Source: Lama guanicoe (Eukaryota). Taken from it: DNA of 64,000 nt. The notes under the pieces were generated by a model. It was given only the letters and a program-made list of their open reading frames with translations. It was not told the origin of the DNA and made no database searches. Shown here piece by piece: positions 40,423-54,662 of the stretch. The DNA is taken from assembly GCA_013239625.1 (NCBI GenBank), contig MU053873.1, positions 1,130,524-1,194,523 on the forward strand, given 5' to 3'. Positions within the stretch are counted from its first letter, which is position 1. Each line of letters opens with the position of its first letter. The position numbers and the translations under genes were made by a program.

Positions 40423-40959
40423 TTTTAATTTTTGAAAATTTTTAATTTTGAAAATGAGATGTAATTATCATCAATATAATGTACAGATCTTAAAGTACAA
40501 TTTGATATTTTCGGACAGTTGTATATGCTCTGTAACAATTGCCCCAAACAAGATGCAGACAATTTCCATCACCCCAGAACGTTCCCTTGTGCCTCTTTCC
40601 AGTCATGCCCTCCCACTGCCCCCACCCCAGCACTGTCACCCCGGTTCTGATGTCTATCATCACAGGTGAGCCTGTTCCCAAACTTCAGATAAATTGATTC
40701 ATACAGATTATATACTATACTGGCTTCTTAACATTTTGTTTTCTTTCTGGTTGAGGTCAAATTCACATAAAACTAATCATTTTAAAGTGTGCGATTCAGT
40801 GGCATGTAGGACATTCCAACAGTGTGAAACACCACCTCTGTCTAGTTCTGAAACATTTTCTTAACCATCCTCCCAAAAAAGAGACCCTGTCCCCATTCAG
40901 GGCTCACTCTCAGTTCTTTCCCACCCCAGCACCTGGCAACCACTAATTTGTTCTCTGTC
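40423..40959 (-). mobile_element. Two tandem L1 3' ends inside one TSD pair
   Basis: TSD tcacctttccttttt at 40408-40422 and 40960-40974. Confidence 0.7.
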
Positions 40960-43023
40960 TCACCTTTCCTTTTTATGATTCATTAATCTTCAACTGTCTA
41001 GTACAATCCTGCAAGGAGAGAGGGATTATTAAAAAGGGCTCCAAGGAAGGGCAGGCAGAAGGACAGAAGTAACACAAGGTAAAGTAAAATTCAGCCAAAT
41101 GATCAAGCCAGGAAAAAAAAAGACAGCCTTCCAAACCACACCAAGAGCAGAAGGCTCCCACTCAAACCAGTCTTGAAGGCTGCTCTGGTGCTATCTGGGT
41201 GAGTGGTGTTTCTTTTCTTATCAACAAAGCACAATTCAGTGGCAAAGTTGAAAGAGAAAAAGCCCCACAGCTGGCTCTCGGTACAAAAGGCATTGACATA
41301 AAGACCAAAGTAAATGCTAGCATCCTGGAAACAGCAGCAGGTGTTGTAAATATAAGAACAACAGCCACTGGGGAGAACTGTGACCACCTGCTGTAAAGTC
41401 TACTCAGAATCGATCTGAAATGGCCAACATCATGACGATTCCTGAATTCTAGGTGCGTCCTATCATTCGCAGTAAAAGTGGAATTAGAAAATCACCACAT
41501 TTGAGATTTGGAGAACTAGAGAGAAGGGAAACAAAATACATGACCTCCCGTGGGACTGCGCAAGGTGGTTTCTATACATTATCCCATTTCATCCTTACAA
41601 TTACCTTAAAAGATATCATGATGCCAACACAGATGAGGAAACTGACGGTCACAGAGGCACCCTACTGTCTTCCAGAACACCGAGGTCAAGCCCCCACCGT
41701 GCGAGGTGGTCGGCGAGCACGACATGGCAGATATCTTTGCTCCTTAGGGGAGAAAGAGGCCACTTATGGGGGGAAACTGACACCAGGTTGACTCCTTAGT
41801 CACTAATGAAGCCCGGTGATGAAGAGGACTGGGTTCACATAAGTGAAGCAGGGACTGGTCGAGAAGAGGATCTTCAGAGAGCCAGAGAACAGCTGTCCGG
41901 AGTGGCCTGACCGTATACCAGCTCTGTTAGCTGAAGGCACAATGTACTGATCCTAGAAGCAAAAGGACCATTGTGTCTAGGCATAGAAAATTTCCAAAGC
42001 TAGTGTTTGTTAAAAAAAAAAAAAAAGAAGAAGAAGAAAGTTGAAAGAAAAAACAGCCTCCTGGGCAGGTTGTAGGCAAATAAGCCTTTATGGGTTACAC
42101 GAGGTCGACCCATGTCTCAGGAATCTCAGGGGACGGTCATGAAGCAGCAGCAGCAGGCCAGACACTCGGGAGGCAGGCGGGCCTGGCACTGGAGCACCAG
42201 GGATTAGCCAGTGGGTCCCAGCCAAGTCCCCTTTTCCTTTCTGTGCCTCAGATAAGCAACTGATTAGGGATGGGCTGAGTGCCTGCCAAGCGCTCTGCCA
42301 AAAAGGACAAATTCAGTCAATAATAATTAAGTGGCTCAGGGGTACACAGGTGCACAAGATCTGGCCCTTGCTTCTTTCTCTGATAGGGTGATCAACCTTC
42401 CTGGTTTGCTGGGACTCTTCTGATTGAAGCCCTGAAAGTCCTGCATCCCGGGAAATGCCTCCATCCCTTAGCCACCCATGTGTGGTCTTGATGGCCAGAG
42501 GAAACCACCACACGCGTGGTAATGACAGCACTATGGGGACCATGTGATGCCGTGTAGAATACAGAGACCCTGGCAGACACGGACAGCGATGTGATGCCAA
42601 CCTCACCAGAGCCTGTAGCACATGAGAAACCAACGCTGATCTTTCCTTATCTAAACACGGGATACTCTGTTCATCATGGATTTTTTTTGCAGTAATTTAT
42701 ATATTTTTTTAAAAATATTGCATCAAGATATTATTTGATTCCTGAACTTGGGGGCACTGTCTTGAATTTTGCACCAGGCAAGTGCCCCTTTTGCTTCAAC
42801 CGAGTCCCAATCTCGCAGGGCTAGTCACGATGCCTCCAGTATAGCCTTTGAGACCTGGGACAAACCATGTGTTTTCTCCGTCTGAACAGCTTCATCCCCA
42901 GGTAGACGGGGGTGGACTACACAGGCCCTCCAGGTCCCAGATCTGTGGTTTCATGACTAGATGTGGGGAAACTGAGGTGAATGAGCCTTGGGGCAGTCGG
43001 GGAAAAGAAAGAGAAGTTGCATA

Positions 43024-43398
43024 TGTGCTTGCCCACTCCCAGAGAAGCAGAGCCAGTAGGTGGTAGGAGTTACATGCATGTAAATATATTGGCTTATAAA
43101 ACTGTGGGGCTGGCAAGTTTGAAGTTTGCAGGGCAGACTGGCAGACGGGAAACTCTGGGCAGGAGCTAATGCTGCCCAAGGAGGAGTTTCTTCTTCTTCA
43201 GAGAAACTTCAGTTTTGCTCTTTAAGGCCTGTCCCTGATTGGCTGAGGCCCACTCAGAGGATCTCCTTCACTTAGAGTTACCTGATTGCAGATGTTAACC
43301 ACGTCTACAAAATACCTTCACAGCAACACCTAATTAGAGTTTAATAGACTAACAGGGTGTTCTGGCTTAGCCAAGTTGACTCATAAAACTAACCATCC
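43024..43398 (-). mobile_element. ERVL MLT2-type LTR
   Basis: ccagagaagcagagccagtagg...tgattggctgaggcccac...gccaagttgactcataaaactaaccatc. Confidence 0.78.
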
Positions 43399-46300
43399 TA
43401 AGAGGAGAAAATTGTTCAGAGAAGTTATGTACATTGTCCAAGATTATCTAGCTGACCAGTGTCAAAGTCGGGACTGAAAATGTGCTACACGTGACCACAA
43501 AGTCCACTTCCTCCTGGGGTCTTGCTGTGTCTGGCCTCCGGGGAAGTTTTTGAAGCAGCAGAGCAGATTCCTTCTCTTCTCTGTGATGCAGTTAGTTCTG
43601 CATTGTGGCTGTTTGTGTGCGTCCCTCCTGGACTGTGGGTTCTTTGAGAAAAGGTCCGTGTGTAAATATCTTTGTATCATCCACAGAATTAGTAAAGAGC
43701 CCTGCATGTGCCAAGCATTGGGTGTTATCTGCAGAATTAGGGGATCACTCATAATTCCCAGCATGGGTTTCCTAGGTACCAGCAGGGAACTAACTTTAGT
43801 TCTAGGAGCTTAACTCTAACTTTTTTTTTAAAGTGTGCTAGCTTTTGCTTGAATTGAATCTCAACTTCACCACCACCACCAACAAAAAGCCAAAAGAAAG
43901 GGCTCTTGTGGCCATGATGAAATATTCTAAAATTCTATGGTGCGTTCTGACTGATTTCTTGATAACCCTGTGAGGTGGGTCCTACTATTATTCTTGGATG
44001 AATGATAGGAAAACAGGCTTTGAAAAGTTAAGGACTCGTCTAGGGTCGCAGAGCTTGTAAGTGGTGAAGCTCACACCTGAACCCAGACAGCTGGATTCTA
44101 CCCTCTGCAGGCCTACCCACTGGGTCACACAGCCTGAGGTAAGCTAATCCCAGCTGGATTCATACATCATCAAGCTGATTTCCTCTGCTTCCAGACAGGA
44201 ACAGAGAAGTATAGTGTTAGTAATGGCGACACCAGGACCAGCGCCCAGGGCTCCCGGCTCCCAGACTACAGGCAGCTTCTTCTGTTTGTCTCTCTAAGTG
44301 AGGCCTCGCTGGCCAAGACCTTGTGTGCTCTACCGGGACCTCCAGGTGCCGTTTACTCAGTGAGGTGTGGGCTCTGCCTCGCTCCCAGTCTGCTGTTTGC
44401 ACAGTGAACTGACCCAGTCTATACCTCCAACCCAGGACAGAAACAGAGACTGAAAGGAACATTCTTGTGCTGGTTTCAGACAACTTGACTTTTCAGTTTC
44501 TAGCTAATGAAATGCAAATCACAGAAGGCAGGGGTTGTCTCTGAAGCATCTTGTCCTGAAAGCAGGGTCCTTTCCATGCCTGTGCAACCTCCAGGAAACC
44601 GGACAACTTCTGAGGTCATGGGGATCTAGGTTGGAATCCCAACTCCATCACTGAGTAGTTGCATGACCTCAGGTTTAACCTCTCAGAGCCTCTTCTTTCT
44701 CCTCTGAGAAATGGAGCCAGTTCCTACTCTGCAGAAATCAGAGAGGGAGTGGAGGCAGGTGCCTTCCACAGAGCCTGGCTCACATCATGTACTCATCAGC
44801 CAATGTCCCTAATGATGACTTACTTCACACATCCTCATGCCGGTTCCTTTGAAAATAAAAAGAGCTTTAAGAGACAGGAGGACACAAACAAGGCTTACTG
44901 TTCTTTGTTACTCTGATTTTCTATTACCTGGCTTCTTCCTGGAAAGGGGTTCTAAGAACTTTTAGAACTAGCAAGTAAAAAAACCAGGGAGATTTTAATC
45001 AGTAAAGCAGCTGTGCAGATTCCGTCTTTCTTACGAAGGCCTCTGCCTGCAGCTCGAAGCAAATCCACTCCATCGGTAACTTTACCTACCTGATCGATTT
45101 CCAACAAGCGGTTCCTGTTTTTGAACCAGGATATGCAAACAAGAGCACTTACTGGAAGGGAGGTTTCGTCAGCTGCCGGCTCTCCCAGGAGAGCAGGTGG
45201 GACCAGTCAAGCCAGTGGCCAAGGCCAGAAGGCAAGCTGAACATTTCAGGGTCTACAGGGCCTCTTCCTTTTGAGTTTTTAATTTCAGCAGGATACACAT
45301 AAGAAATGCCAAGGAGGAAGCAGGTTGATTTATGGTTGCCATGCCAAGTAGGTTGCAGAGAAAAAACAAGATGAAATGGAAAATGTCAGCTACGTCATTG
45401 TGCAAAGTGAGGAGGCGGGAGAGCTGCAGGGAGGGCCATGGCCTAAGACCTCAGAACCCCAGGTTCCCATCCCGGTTCCGGTTCCTGACCCCAAGAGATA
45501 ACCTCTCCCTGGGGCTCCAAGGACAACACCGCCTGAGCCCAGACACCCAGAAATTCCTTCCAGCTCCTTTAGGGAGAGAGTAAGAAACGGCGGAGGGAGT
45601 GACTGTGCAGAATTTAAAGCCAAACAAGAAAAGGGTGGGGAGGACAGGAGGGAAATTCTCTGTCTCTCTCAAGCACTCTTGCCTCCATTTTTAAAGAAAA
45701 GTTGTTGTAGAAAGGAAGGAAGGAAGGAAGAAAGAAAAAAAGAAAGAAAGACAACATTGTAAAATGACTGTAACTCAATAAAAAATGTTTAAAAAAGAAA
45801 GAAAAGTTGTTGGTTAAAACAACAATAGCAAAGAAGTCTTGAGGGGGGCTAAGAATGAGGTAGGAAGGGGACAAGGGCTGTCCCAGAAGAGTTGAAATAA
45901 GCATACAGAGTCCCAGAAGGATCCTCTTATCCACTTAGTCTCATGAATAGCAGCAGGTGTTAAAGGCTGAATATATATGTTGTGTTAGTTTCAGGTCTTG
46001 TCTTAGCAACCAGATGAACTACTACTGCTTTCTTGAGATTCTAGCTCGGGGGCCAGGTGGCATCTAGCTCTCTAGCAGGGAGAAGGGGCAGGGGACAAAG
46101 TAAAGCTAAATCGTAATTTATCCCTCCTCTTTAAAATCAACTATACTTCAATTTAAAAAAAAACTAAAGCTAAATCCTGTGCAAACTCCTATGCATCCTT
46201 CAAGGCCCTCACAAACATTGCCTCCTTTATGAAGCCTGCTTTCCTGAGATTCTAGGTCAGGGAGGCTCCTGTCCTTGGACAGGTTGGGGTCTGTGGCTGG

Positions 46301-49300
46301 GTCGGTGGGCGCTCCGGTCACCTGTGTCGAGGAGGCCATTTGTGGGTGGGTGGGGTGCTCACACAGGAGGCTGGCCCTACTGCAGTCATCCTCCTTCAGG
46401 TACCAAGGCAGAGCCTCTCCAGTGAAGTGAAGAGGCTCATGCCCAGATGGACTGCCTTTGCTCTGGGATCTGGAATTAAATGCAACAAGCTCCTTGCTGT
46501 GTTCCAGGCACTTGCTCTGCGAGATTGCTTTCATGCACATTCCTACCTTTTCTAGTAAAAACAAATGACAACAATGAAAAAGAAAGCTCCTGAAAGAGGT
46601 TCATGGTTTATTCCAGCTCACCCAGCAGAGCCAAGCACTAAGCCCCATGGTCCTGCTCAAGTTCAGGGGTCGGTCCTCCACCTCTCAGCTCCCCATGAGG
46701 CTGTGGATCAGGCAGGCACAGACCATGACAAGAGCTTTTGAAAACACACTGTGGATCCCAAGGACTGTAATCAACTATAATTCTGGAGCTCTCAGCTGGA
46801 AAATACAACCCATTTTCAAATGGAAAATGATTGTGTTTAGTATGAAACAACAGGGTCCCTTTATAAAAGTGGAGAACCCAACCTCTTCTTTCCCAGATCC
46901 TGCAGCCTCGCTCACCTGCTCTGTGCAGTGCAGCTCCCACAAGCCACCCACCCCCAGGTATGGTGGAATCCAAGCCCTGCCCCCAAATCTCACTGGAGGT
47001 CACGGGTCTGTGTGCCCGGTAAATGTTTGCAGCCCTCTGCTGGGAATGTTGCCTTAGGTCACACTGACAGAGTCGGTCATTGGCAGCTGGTGGCCAGGAC
47101 TGGCCCACCCAGGGGTCAAGTGGGCATTTTGTTCTCTGGTTGGGAGAGGGAGCAACTGGGGAAAACACACCTAGTGTGCATCACTACGACATACCTGCTG
47201 CTTCGCAGACCCTGTCCCTGCTTGTGACCAGTGATCAGATTTTATACTTGGACATATTTTAAAGACTTGGACCCTCCATTGTTCTGCTTAGCATTCTGGG
47301 ACCCGTCGAACTTCTTAGCTATCAAATATCAGAAGATGGAAGAAAGAGTGAGATGAATGGGAAACCAGGAGGCACGTGGGAACGGCACCTGGTGTTGAGG
47401 ATCGACTGTCCTCGGTAGCAACAGTACTTCACACGCCTTGTGTGCTTTCTCTGTGTCACAAATGGTGTTTAACACATTATCTTGTTCAACCCTGATTCTC
47501 ATTTTACTGACAGGGAAATTGAGGGTCAGAGAGGGTAAGTAACCTGTCCAAGGTAACCTAACTAGTGTGTTGGAGCTGAAAACCAGCCTGAAGTCCATCC
47601 ATCTATGTCACAAGCCCAGGCACCTCGTCCCCCGGGTGTGAGGACCATTCTTACAGGGTCTGGAAATGGAAGATAGATGGTCTCTGTTCCAATCTTCTCG
47701 GAAGCAATCCTAATCCTATTCCCTCCTCACTCTCAAAGCTTTTCTCTTCTCATATCTCCTTTATCCACCAAACCGGAGTCTGGTCTATATTTTATCCAGC
47801 TGGCTTATGGAACCACATAAATCCTGGCTGTTTTCATGGAAAAAAAAAAAGATTGTGAGAGGAGAGAATAGAAAATGTTCAGCTTGCTCTCTTTCCCCAT
47901 GGGGATATCAGATGCACAGTCAGCTATAAATAAAAGAGATTTTCTTTTTTTTTTTAATGTTGCGAGTCTCTGGGCCATTCTGCGGAAATCCAGTCTTTCA
48001 CGAGCCAGGTCTTGAAAAAAACTCACAGCATCACCCAAAGGCAAGGGCCACCTCACCAAAGGGAGAGGGATCCAGTTGCTGTTATTTTGGAGTCAGAGCC
48101 TTTGGTGTGTATGTGTCTGGGAGGGTTGAACCTGAGTAAATCCAGTTCTTCAAATAAGTATCATTTACTGAACTTAGTCATGAAACACTCTGCAAAAACA
48201 GATGTACCAAACGGAAGCTAAGTCATCAAAACCAAGGCAAGATCCTGGAACAGAAAATAGACATTAAGAGGGAAACTGTTGAAATCCAAATAAAGTCTAG
48301 AGTCAAGTTAACAGCACTGTGTCAGTGTTGGTTTCTGAGTTTCGACAAATTTACTAATGGCAGTGTCAGAGGATGACATTGGGGGAAACTGGAACCAGGA
48401 TGTGGGGTGCCGGCATATGGAATTCTCTTTACCAGCTTTGCAACTTTTCTGTCAATGTAAAGTTAAGCCCCCCAAAATGTTTATTAAACATTTTCAAAAC
48501 CAGTGAATTGATATTTATTCTCCTAGGACTAATGAAGGGGGACTGCAGGGCTGAAACTGGTTTCAAGTAAGATAAAACTTGCTTTTGTAGCTGCCTTTGA
48601 ACCTTGGTGTCAGTCAAGTTCTTGATAACGGAGAGTTTGTGCTTTCTTTAAAGAGATAAAACCAGATGTTGAGCCATTTACTGCTCTGGGTCAATGCCGT
48701 GTGAAAAAGAGAGTCGTGCAATATCCTTTCAATATCACTTTTCAAACGAACCTTTTCCTTTTGTTGCTGTGCCCTTTTAAGCTCTGTTTAATTTACTGAG
48801 CACAGAGCTGCAGCATTTTGAAGTCAACGGAGTACTGAATTTCTTAGAACCCTAACACACACAAAGGAGCTTCAGGGAGTGTTGCAACTCTTCTCCAGGA
48901 AGGTTTGGGCAGCCACAGGACTGAAAGAGACATCCGTCAATGCGACCAGGAGGGTTTCCTGCCCATACCTTTGGCGTCTAAACGTTACTCAAACAGTTCA
49001 CAGACGTCCACCTCTAAACACATGGTCATGAAATTAAAAGCACTGGAATCACTCGTCCTAGCAAACCAAAGAACTTCATCCATTTCTTGGGGTGGGTAAT
49101 GAATCTCTGTGCATCCAGTGGGTTTCTTAGTTGTGACAAATGTACCATGATTGTGTAAGAGGACAGCATTAGGGGAAATTGGAACTGGGAGATGGGTATA
49201 CATAGCACCTTCTGCAAGATTAAGGTGCAACTTTGTGTCCATAAAGGAAACGAAAATATTATATACAGACCTTCGTTCTTCACTCATATCATTTAGGAGT

Positions 49301-49407
49301 TTTTCACTTCTCCTTGTGAGAATATAAAAAGTTGTCTTAAATTTTTGCTTTCCTTTTCCATTTTAACTGGTGTTTGGGGAGCTCCAAGTGCTCAGGAGCC
49401 CCCCCCC

Positions 49408-49563
49408 TTTTTATTTTAATACAGTGAAAAATTTTATATTTAGAATTAGCCAGCTAGATTCAGTTTAGATGATCCCAATTTTGTTGGCAGCATCCAAAGC
49501 ACCACAGCCAGGAGCCAGCTATATATGCCTTCTCCTCTCCATCAGGCCTGATCAGGGTGTTGA
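49408..49563 (-). pseudogene. RPL23A: RPL23A processed pseudogene, 3' fragment
   Basis: Minus strand reads NTLIRPDGEEKAYI/(frameshift)LAPGCGALDAANKIGII then TAA (49467-49465), then 3'UTR-like ACTGAATCTAGCTGGCTAATTCTAAATATA and an A-rich tail. Confidence 0.88.
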
Positions 49564-49955
49564 GCTGAGCCAGAACAATAAGCAACGTGGAGCTTTCTTG
49601 CTAGAATCTGTCCCTTGACTATAGCATGGGAGCCTATAAAATATGACACCAAGCAAAGGCCTTTAACAATGAGTCTTTAACAGTGAGGGTCAGAATCGTG
49701 GCACCACAGAGCCAGGACTCCTGAATTCTATTCCCATCCATTCTTCTCCTGGACCTTTTTCCTTTTCTTTTTCTCTCTCTTTCTCTCTTTCTTCCTTTCT
49801 TTCTCTCTCTGGGATTTTCCTTCCCCTGCCTTCAAGGAGCTTCCAGTCTAATACAGAGCTCCAGGCAGATGAACTTGTACTGCCAAGCATCACAGGTATT
49901 TTGGTGGAAGACTGTGCAGGTGCACAGGAGGGTGATATTTGACAAGAATTTAGAG

Positions 49956-50161
49956 CAATGGTTCTCAGCTAGGGGAGATCTTGGCTCCCAGGGGACATTT
50001 GGCAATTTTGGTTGTTATAGCTGGGAAGGGGGGGTGTGCTACTGGCAACCAATAGTAGAGACCTGGGATGCTATCAAAATCCTACAATGCATAGGACAGC
50101 CCCCCACAACAAAGAACAGTCCAGCCCCAAATGTCAATAATGCTGAGGTTGAGAAACTATG
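49956..50161 (+). mobile_element. MER20 (hAT-Charlie)
   Basis: caatggttctca...caggggacatttggcaat...catag gacagccccccacaacaaagaa...aatgtcaataatgctgaggttgagaaac. Confidence 0.85.
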
Positions 50162-53100
50162 GTTTAAACAGAGAGATGAGCAGGGCTTTGCTGGGCAAAC
50201 TCAGGGGAAAAGGACATTCCAGGAAAATGATAAGACTCGTGTATGGGACAGACAGATAAGCTGGAAAAGTAACCTGTAGCCTTAAACTGATTATTTTGGC
50301 CCTTTGAATCTCAATTTTTCCTGGCCACAAAATAGAGATGCTATAAGACTAAATGACTCATCTCTTTTCCTGGTATCAGAAGAAAGTCCCACTGATAAAA
50401 ATTATGTCCCTGGGACCCACTTATTTCCAGTTGCCATACTTAAGCACACTTGATCCTTAGCAGTGCTAGTAGCCTATTCATGAGAAAACCAGTAACAGTA
50501 TTTGGAAAATCTAACTTAGAGCAGTGTAGTAGGAAAGTGCCTGTAAATGTGAGGATTGTGTTGTATGCACGTGTGTTATAAACACCCAGCCACTATGATA
50601 TTCCTATTTCTCATGTAATTTGGGACCTGGAAGTGGGCAGTCCAGAGCTAGGTCAGGGCTAGATGGCCACTCCAGGATGCCACCAGTAACCCGGACTCCT
50701 TCTCTCTTTCCCCTCTGACATCCTTAGCATGCAGCTTCCTTCCTCATACTTGCAAAATGGCTGCTGAACTTTCTCAATATTTCAAACTTTCATCAGCAAT
50801 CCAGGCAAGAAGCAGCATTGCCTGGGAGAAAGGGGCAACAGGCAAAAGGTGAAAGGTATCCCAGAGAAGTCTTCATTTAACAAACTTCCCTGGAATCCTC
50901 TCTGCCTAGAACTTCCACTCATACAGCTGAACTTCATTCCACAGCTGTTCATAGCTTTGAGGGAGTCTAGAAGCTGAGCGTTTTCAGCTAGGTACCCTGA
51001 ACAAAATAAAACCTTTTTTTAATAAGGAAGAAAAGTAGAATAGATGCTGTGTGCGTAACTAGAAATACTGGCTTAGTGTCTTAAAATGAGCACATTCCAG
51101 GCTTTAGTAATGAGTCCAAGATAAACCAAACTTATGTTGAATTCCGCTTTCAAGAAAATGGTATTATGCAGCAGTCTTTCAGAATAATTTAAAAGATGTT
51201 CTGTCTGTTAAAGCATATTGCAGAGAAACAGTTTAATAATCATTTAAAAAATAGATTGCATGTCTAATAGGTACTCAGCACTATACTAAACACAAAGAAG
51301 TACAACACATATTTTTATTTCTAATGAGCTTGTTGAAATCTGGTCAGAAAAACATGTAACAAAGTAAACAAGTGAGAAGTTGAGTAACAATGAAAGAGTT
51401 AAATAACAATCAGCAACAGCAGTATAAGAAAGCCACGTGCTGCTGGTGGGAATGTCAAATAATAAAGCCACTTTGGAAAACGGTTTCTAAAAATGTTAAA
51501 CATACGCTGACCTCGTGATCCTGTAGTTTCGCTACTAGGTATTTACCCAAGAGAAGTGAAAATATAAACATTTCTTTCACACAAAGATATGTACACAAAT
51601 GCTCGCAGCAGCTTTATTCACAAAGGTCAAAACTTGGAAACAATTCCGTTTCCAAACCCTAAAACACAATGGTCGATCTTACCCTGCAAGAGTCAAATAG
51701 AATCAAGTGTTGTGGCTATTTCTCTTTTGCAAAAAGCACACATTCTTGGTGGAGAGGAGAGTTCTTTATAAGCTCAGGCTTGTGAACTATGCTTGTCACA
51801 ACTTTGTTGTCTGCTCCCTCGGAGGATTCTGAGAGGTATATTCTCCCATTTTGATTGTGCATCTGTCATTTTCACCGTTTATTTCAGTTTTGGTTTTATA
51901 CATTTCAAAATTATGCTACTGTATTTATAAAATGTCTGACTCATAACTTGTGCCTTTAATCAACAGAAGAGGCACTTCTTTGTGCTTTTTTAATGCTTTT
52001 GAATTAAATTCTACTTTGTCTGAATTCACATGCTTGCTTTCTGTAAACATTTGCCTGGGAAGCCATTTTCCATTCTATGCTGTTTTGGTTTATGTGTATC
52101 TCTGATAAACAGCATATAGCTGGAGTTTGGATTTTTCACTTAAACCAGAGCCTCCTTTTATGAAGGGAATATAATCCATTCATATTTATTTTTGATTATA
52201 TATTTGGAATTATTCCTACCATGTTATTTCATGTTTTCTATTTATCTTGTTTCTCCTTTAATATTTTTTGAATTTTGTTATTTTTACTTTCCATATTTCT
52301 TGTATTGTCCTCTTCTCTTATATTTTTTGGAACAATTATTGCTCTTTCTCCCTTTCACTGGATTACCCTCACTCTTATCTTCTCTGTCTCTCTCCTAATG
52401 GTTCAGTTCTATTCTTCTGCTACAATGGTCTCAAAACGTTTTTTGTTCTTATGGTCCCTAAATAACTTAGTAAAACTAGATACTGCCACATATTTTAAAT
52501 CTGACATCTAAAAGTTCTCATGATAAGCTTAAATAGTTGTAAAGGATGTCATTTCTAATGCAAATGGGAGTATTGACATTTTAAATGAAAACTTTTATAT
52601 CACTTTTTTATCTGTCATCAATGGAATTGAAATATCCCAGTTATCTGCTGTCCATCAGTACACATTTTAAAATATGAGTCAAGAATTTGACCAAGAATAG
52701 CTGGCTGGGGTTGGGGGTTGACACATTCTGAGGCCAGCGATTCAACCAGCCATTGTTAATAGATGAATTACATACATTTGTACACTGGAGAATTTTGATG
52801 GGCATCTGTCTTCTTATTGTCAGAGAATAGAGTTAAAATCATGAGAAGAGGGAAGGCTAGAATAAACTCTTTGGTGCTGAATTGGAATTGGAGTTATTGG
52901 TGTATACTCATGAGTTTTTAATACATAAAGGTAGATTGATATAAAAATAGTTGTAAACATACAAACATCTATCTCTGTTTCTTTCTATATATGTGGGTAT
53001 ATATACACATATACATAAATATATTTCCCAGTTCTATCCACTGAGACAACCTAAAAGCAATGATACCCCAGTAGCTATGAGCACACCCAGATATTTGTCA

Positions 53101-53254
53101 CTATCATCCTCTATGAAAAAGAGCCAGAGCTTCTTGGAGAAATGGTCCATTCGAGGCCTGGACTTGGGAAAGAATAGATGAGTCTGGAATATCTTGTTCT
53201 ACCAGAAAATTAAGTGGTCAAAGAATGGTTGGGACATGGCAGAAAGGACACATG

Positions 53255-53615
53255 TGAGGAAGAGGCTCTCATACATGCTACAACATGGAAAACCTGAAAG
53301 ACATTATATTAAGTAAAATAAGTCAGATGCAGAGGGACAAGTGCTGCATGATTCCGCTTACATGAGGTAACTAGAATAGGTAAATTCACAGAGACAGAAA
53401 GTGGAACAGAGGGACTAGAGGCTGGGAAGATGGGGGAAGGGAGAATTATTGTTTAATGGGTACAGAGTTTCTGTTTGGGATGATTAAAAAGTTCTGGAGA
53501 TGGATGGTGGTGATGGTTGTACAACAATGTGACAGTACACAATGCCACTGAATTGTATGCCTAAAAATGATTAGTGGTAAATTTTATGTTATGTACATGT
53601 TATCACAATTTTAAA
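53255..53615 (+). mobile_element. L1MB-like 3'UTR
   Basis: acatgctacaacatgg...ataagtcag...atgattccgcttacatgagg...aatgccactgaattgta. Confidence 0.8.
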
Positions 53616-53859
53616 AGGAGGGGACTCCCATTTGTCAAGTCTGAGACAGTTTGAGAATCAAAATAAATAACGTATTAATAGATTTTTTTAACCTACTGAG
53701 TAAAACAGGACTCTGTGAGTTGATACTGATATGAAAAAATAAATTTAAAAAAGGGAAAGTTCTACCTCACAGGAGAATTCCAAGGAATAAATGAAGAAGG
53801 AATGATAGAATTAGGAAATCACTATGGTAATAATTAAGGGAAGAATCATCAGTGGATCC

Positions 53860-54662
53860 TAGGTATACAGCAAAGTGACTCAGTTTATAGTTTGCAATTG
53901 TTTTCCATTATAAGTTATTACAATATATGGAATATAGTTCCCTGTGCTATACAGTAAATCCTTTTTGTCTATTTTAATTATTATATTGGGGGGGAGGTAA
54001 TTTATTTCATATATTTATTTTTAGTGGAGGTACCAGGGATTGAACCCAGGACCTCATACATGCTAAGCATGCACTCTACCACTTGAGCTACACCCTCCTT
54101 CTTTGTCTATTTATTTTATATACAGTAGTATCTGTTAATCCCATACTCCTAATTTATCACTCCCCCGCTTTCCCTTTTAGTAACTGTAAGTTTTTTTGTC
54201 TGTGAGTCTATTTCTATTTTGTAAATAAATTCATTTGTATTATTTTTTAGATTCCACATATAAGAGACAGCATGTAATATTTGTCTTTCTCTTTCTGACT
54301 TTCTTCACTTAGTATGATAATCTCTAGGTCCATCCATGTTGCTGCAAATAACATTATTTCATACTTTTTTATGGCTGAGTAGTATCCCATTGTGTATATA
54401 TACCACATCTTTATCCATTCATATGTTGATGGACAGTTAGGTTGCTTCAATGTCTTGGCTATTTTAAATAGTGCTGCTATGAACACTGGGGTGCATGTAT
54501 CTTTTCAAATTAGACTTTTCACCTTTTCCAGATATATGTTCAGGAGGGGGATTGCTGGATCATAAGGTAACTCTATTTTTAGTTTTTTAAGGAAACTTTG
54601 TACTGTTTTCCATAGTGGCTGCACCAATTTACATTCCCACCAACAGTGTAAGAGGGTTCCCT
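53860..54662 (-). mobile_element. Lineage-level L1 (ORF2 C-terminus plus 3'UTR)
   Basis: [32 protein letters not shown] and MFIAALFKIAK..WIKMWYIYTMGYYSAIKK..LSLICGI. Confidence 0.92.
53975..54098 (-). mobile_element. Camelid SINE inserted in an L1 3' end
   Basis: ggattgaacccaggacctc...ctctaccacttgagcta; tttgtctattt repeated on both sides. Confidence 0.88.
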
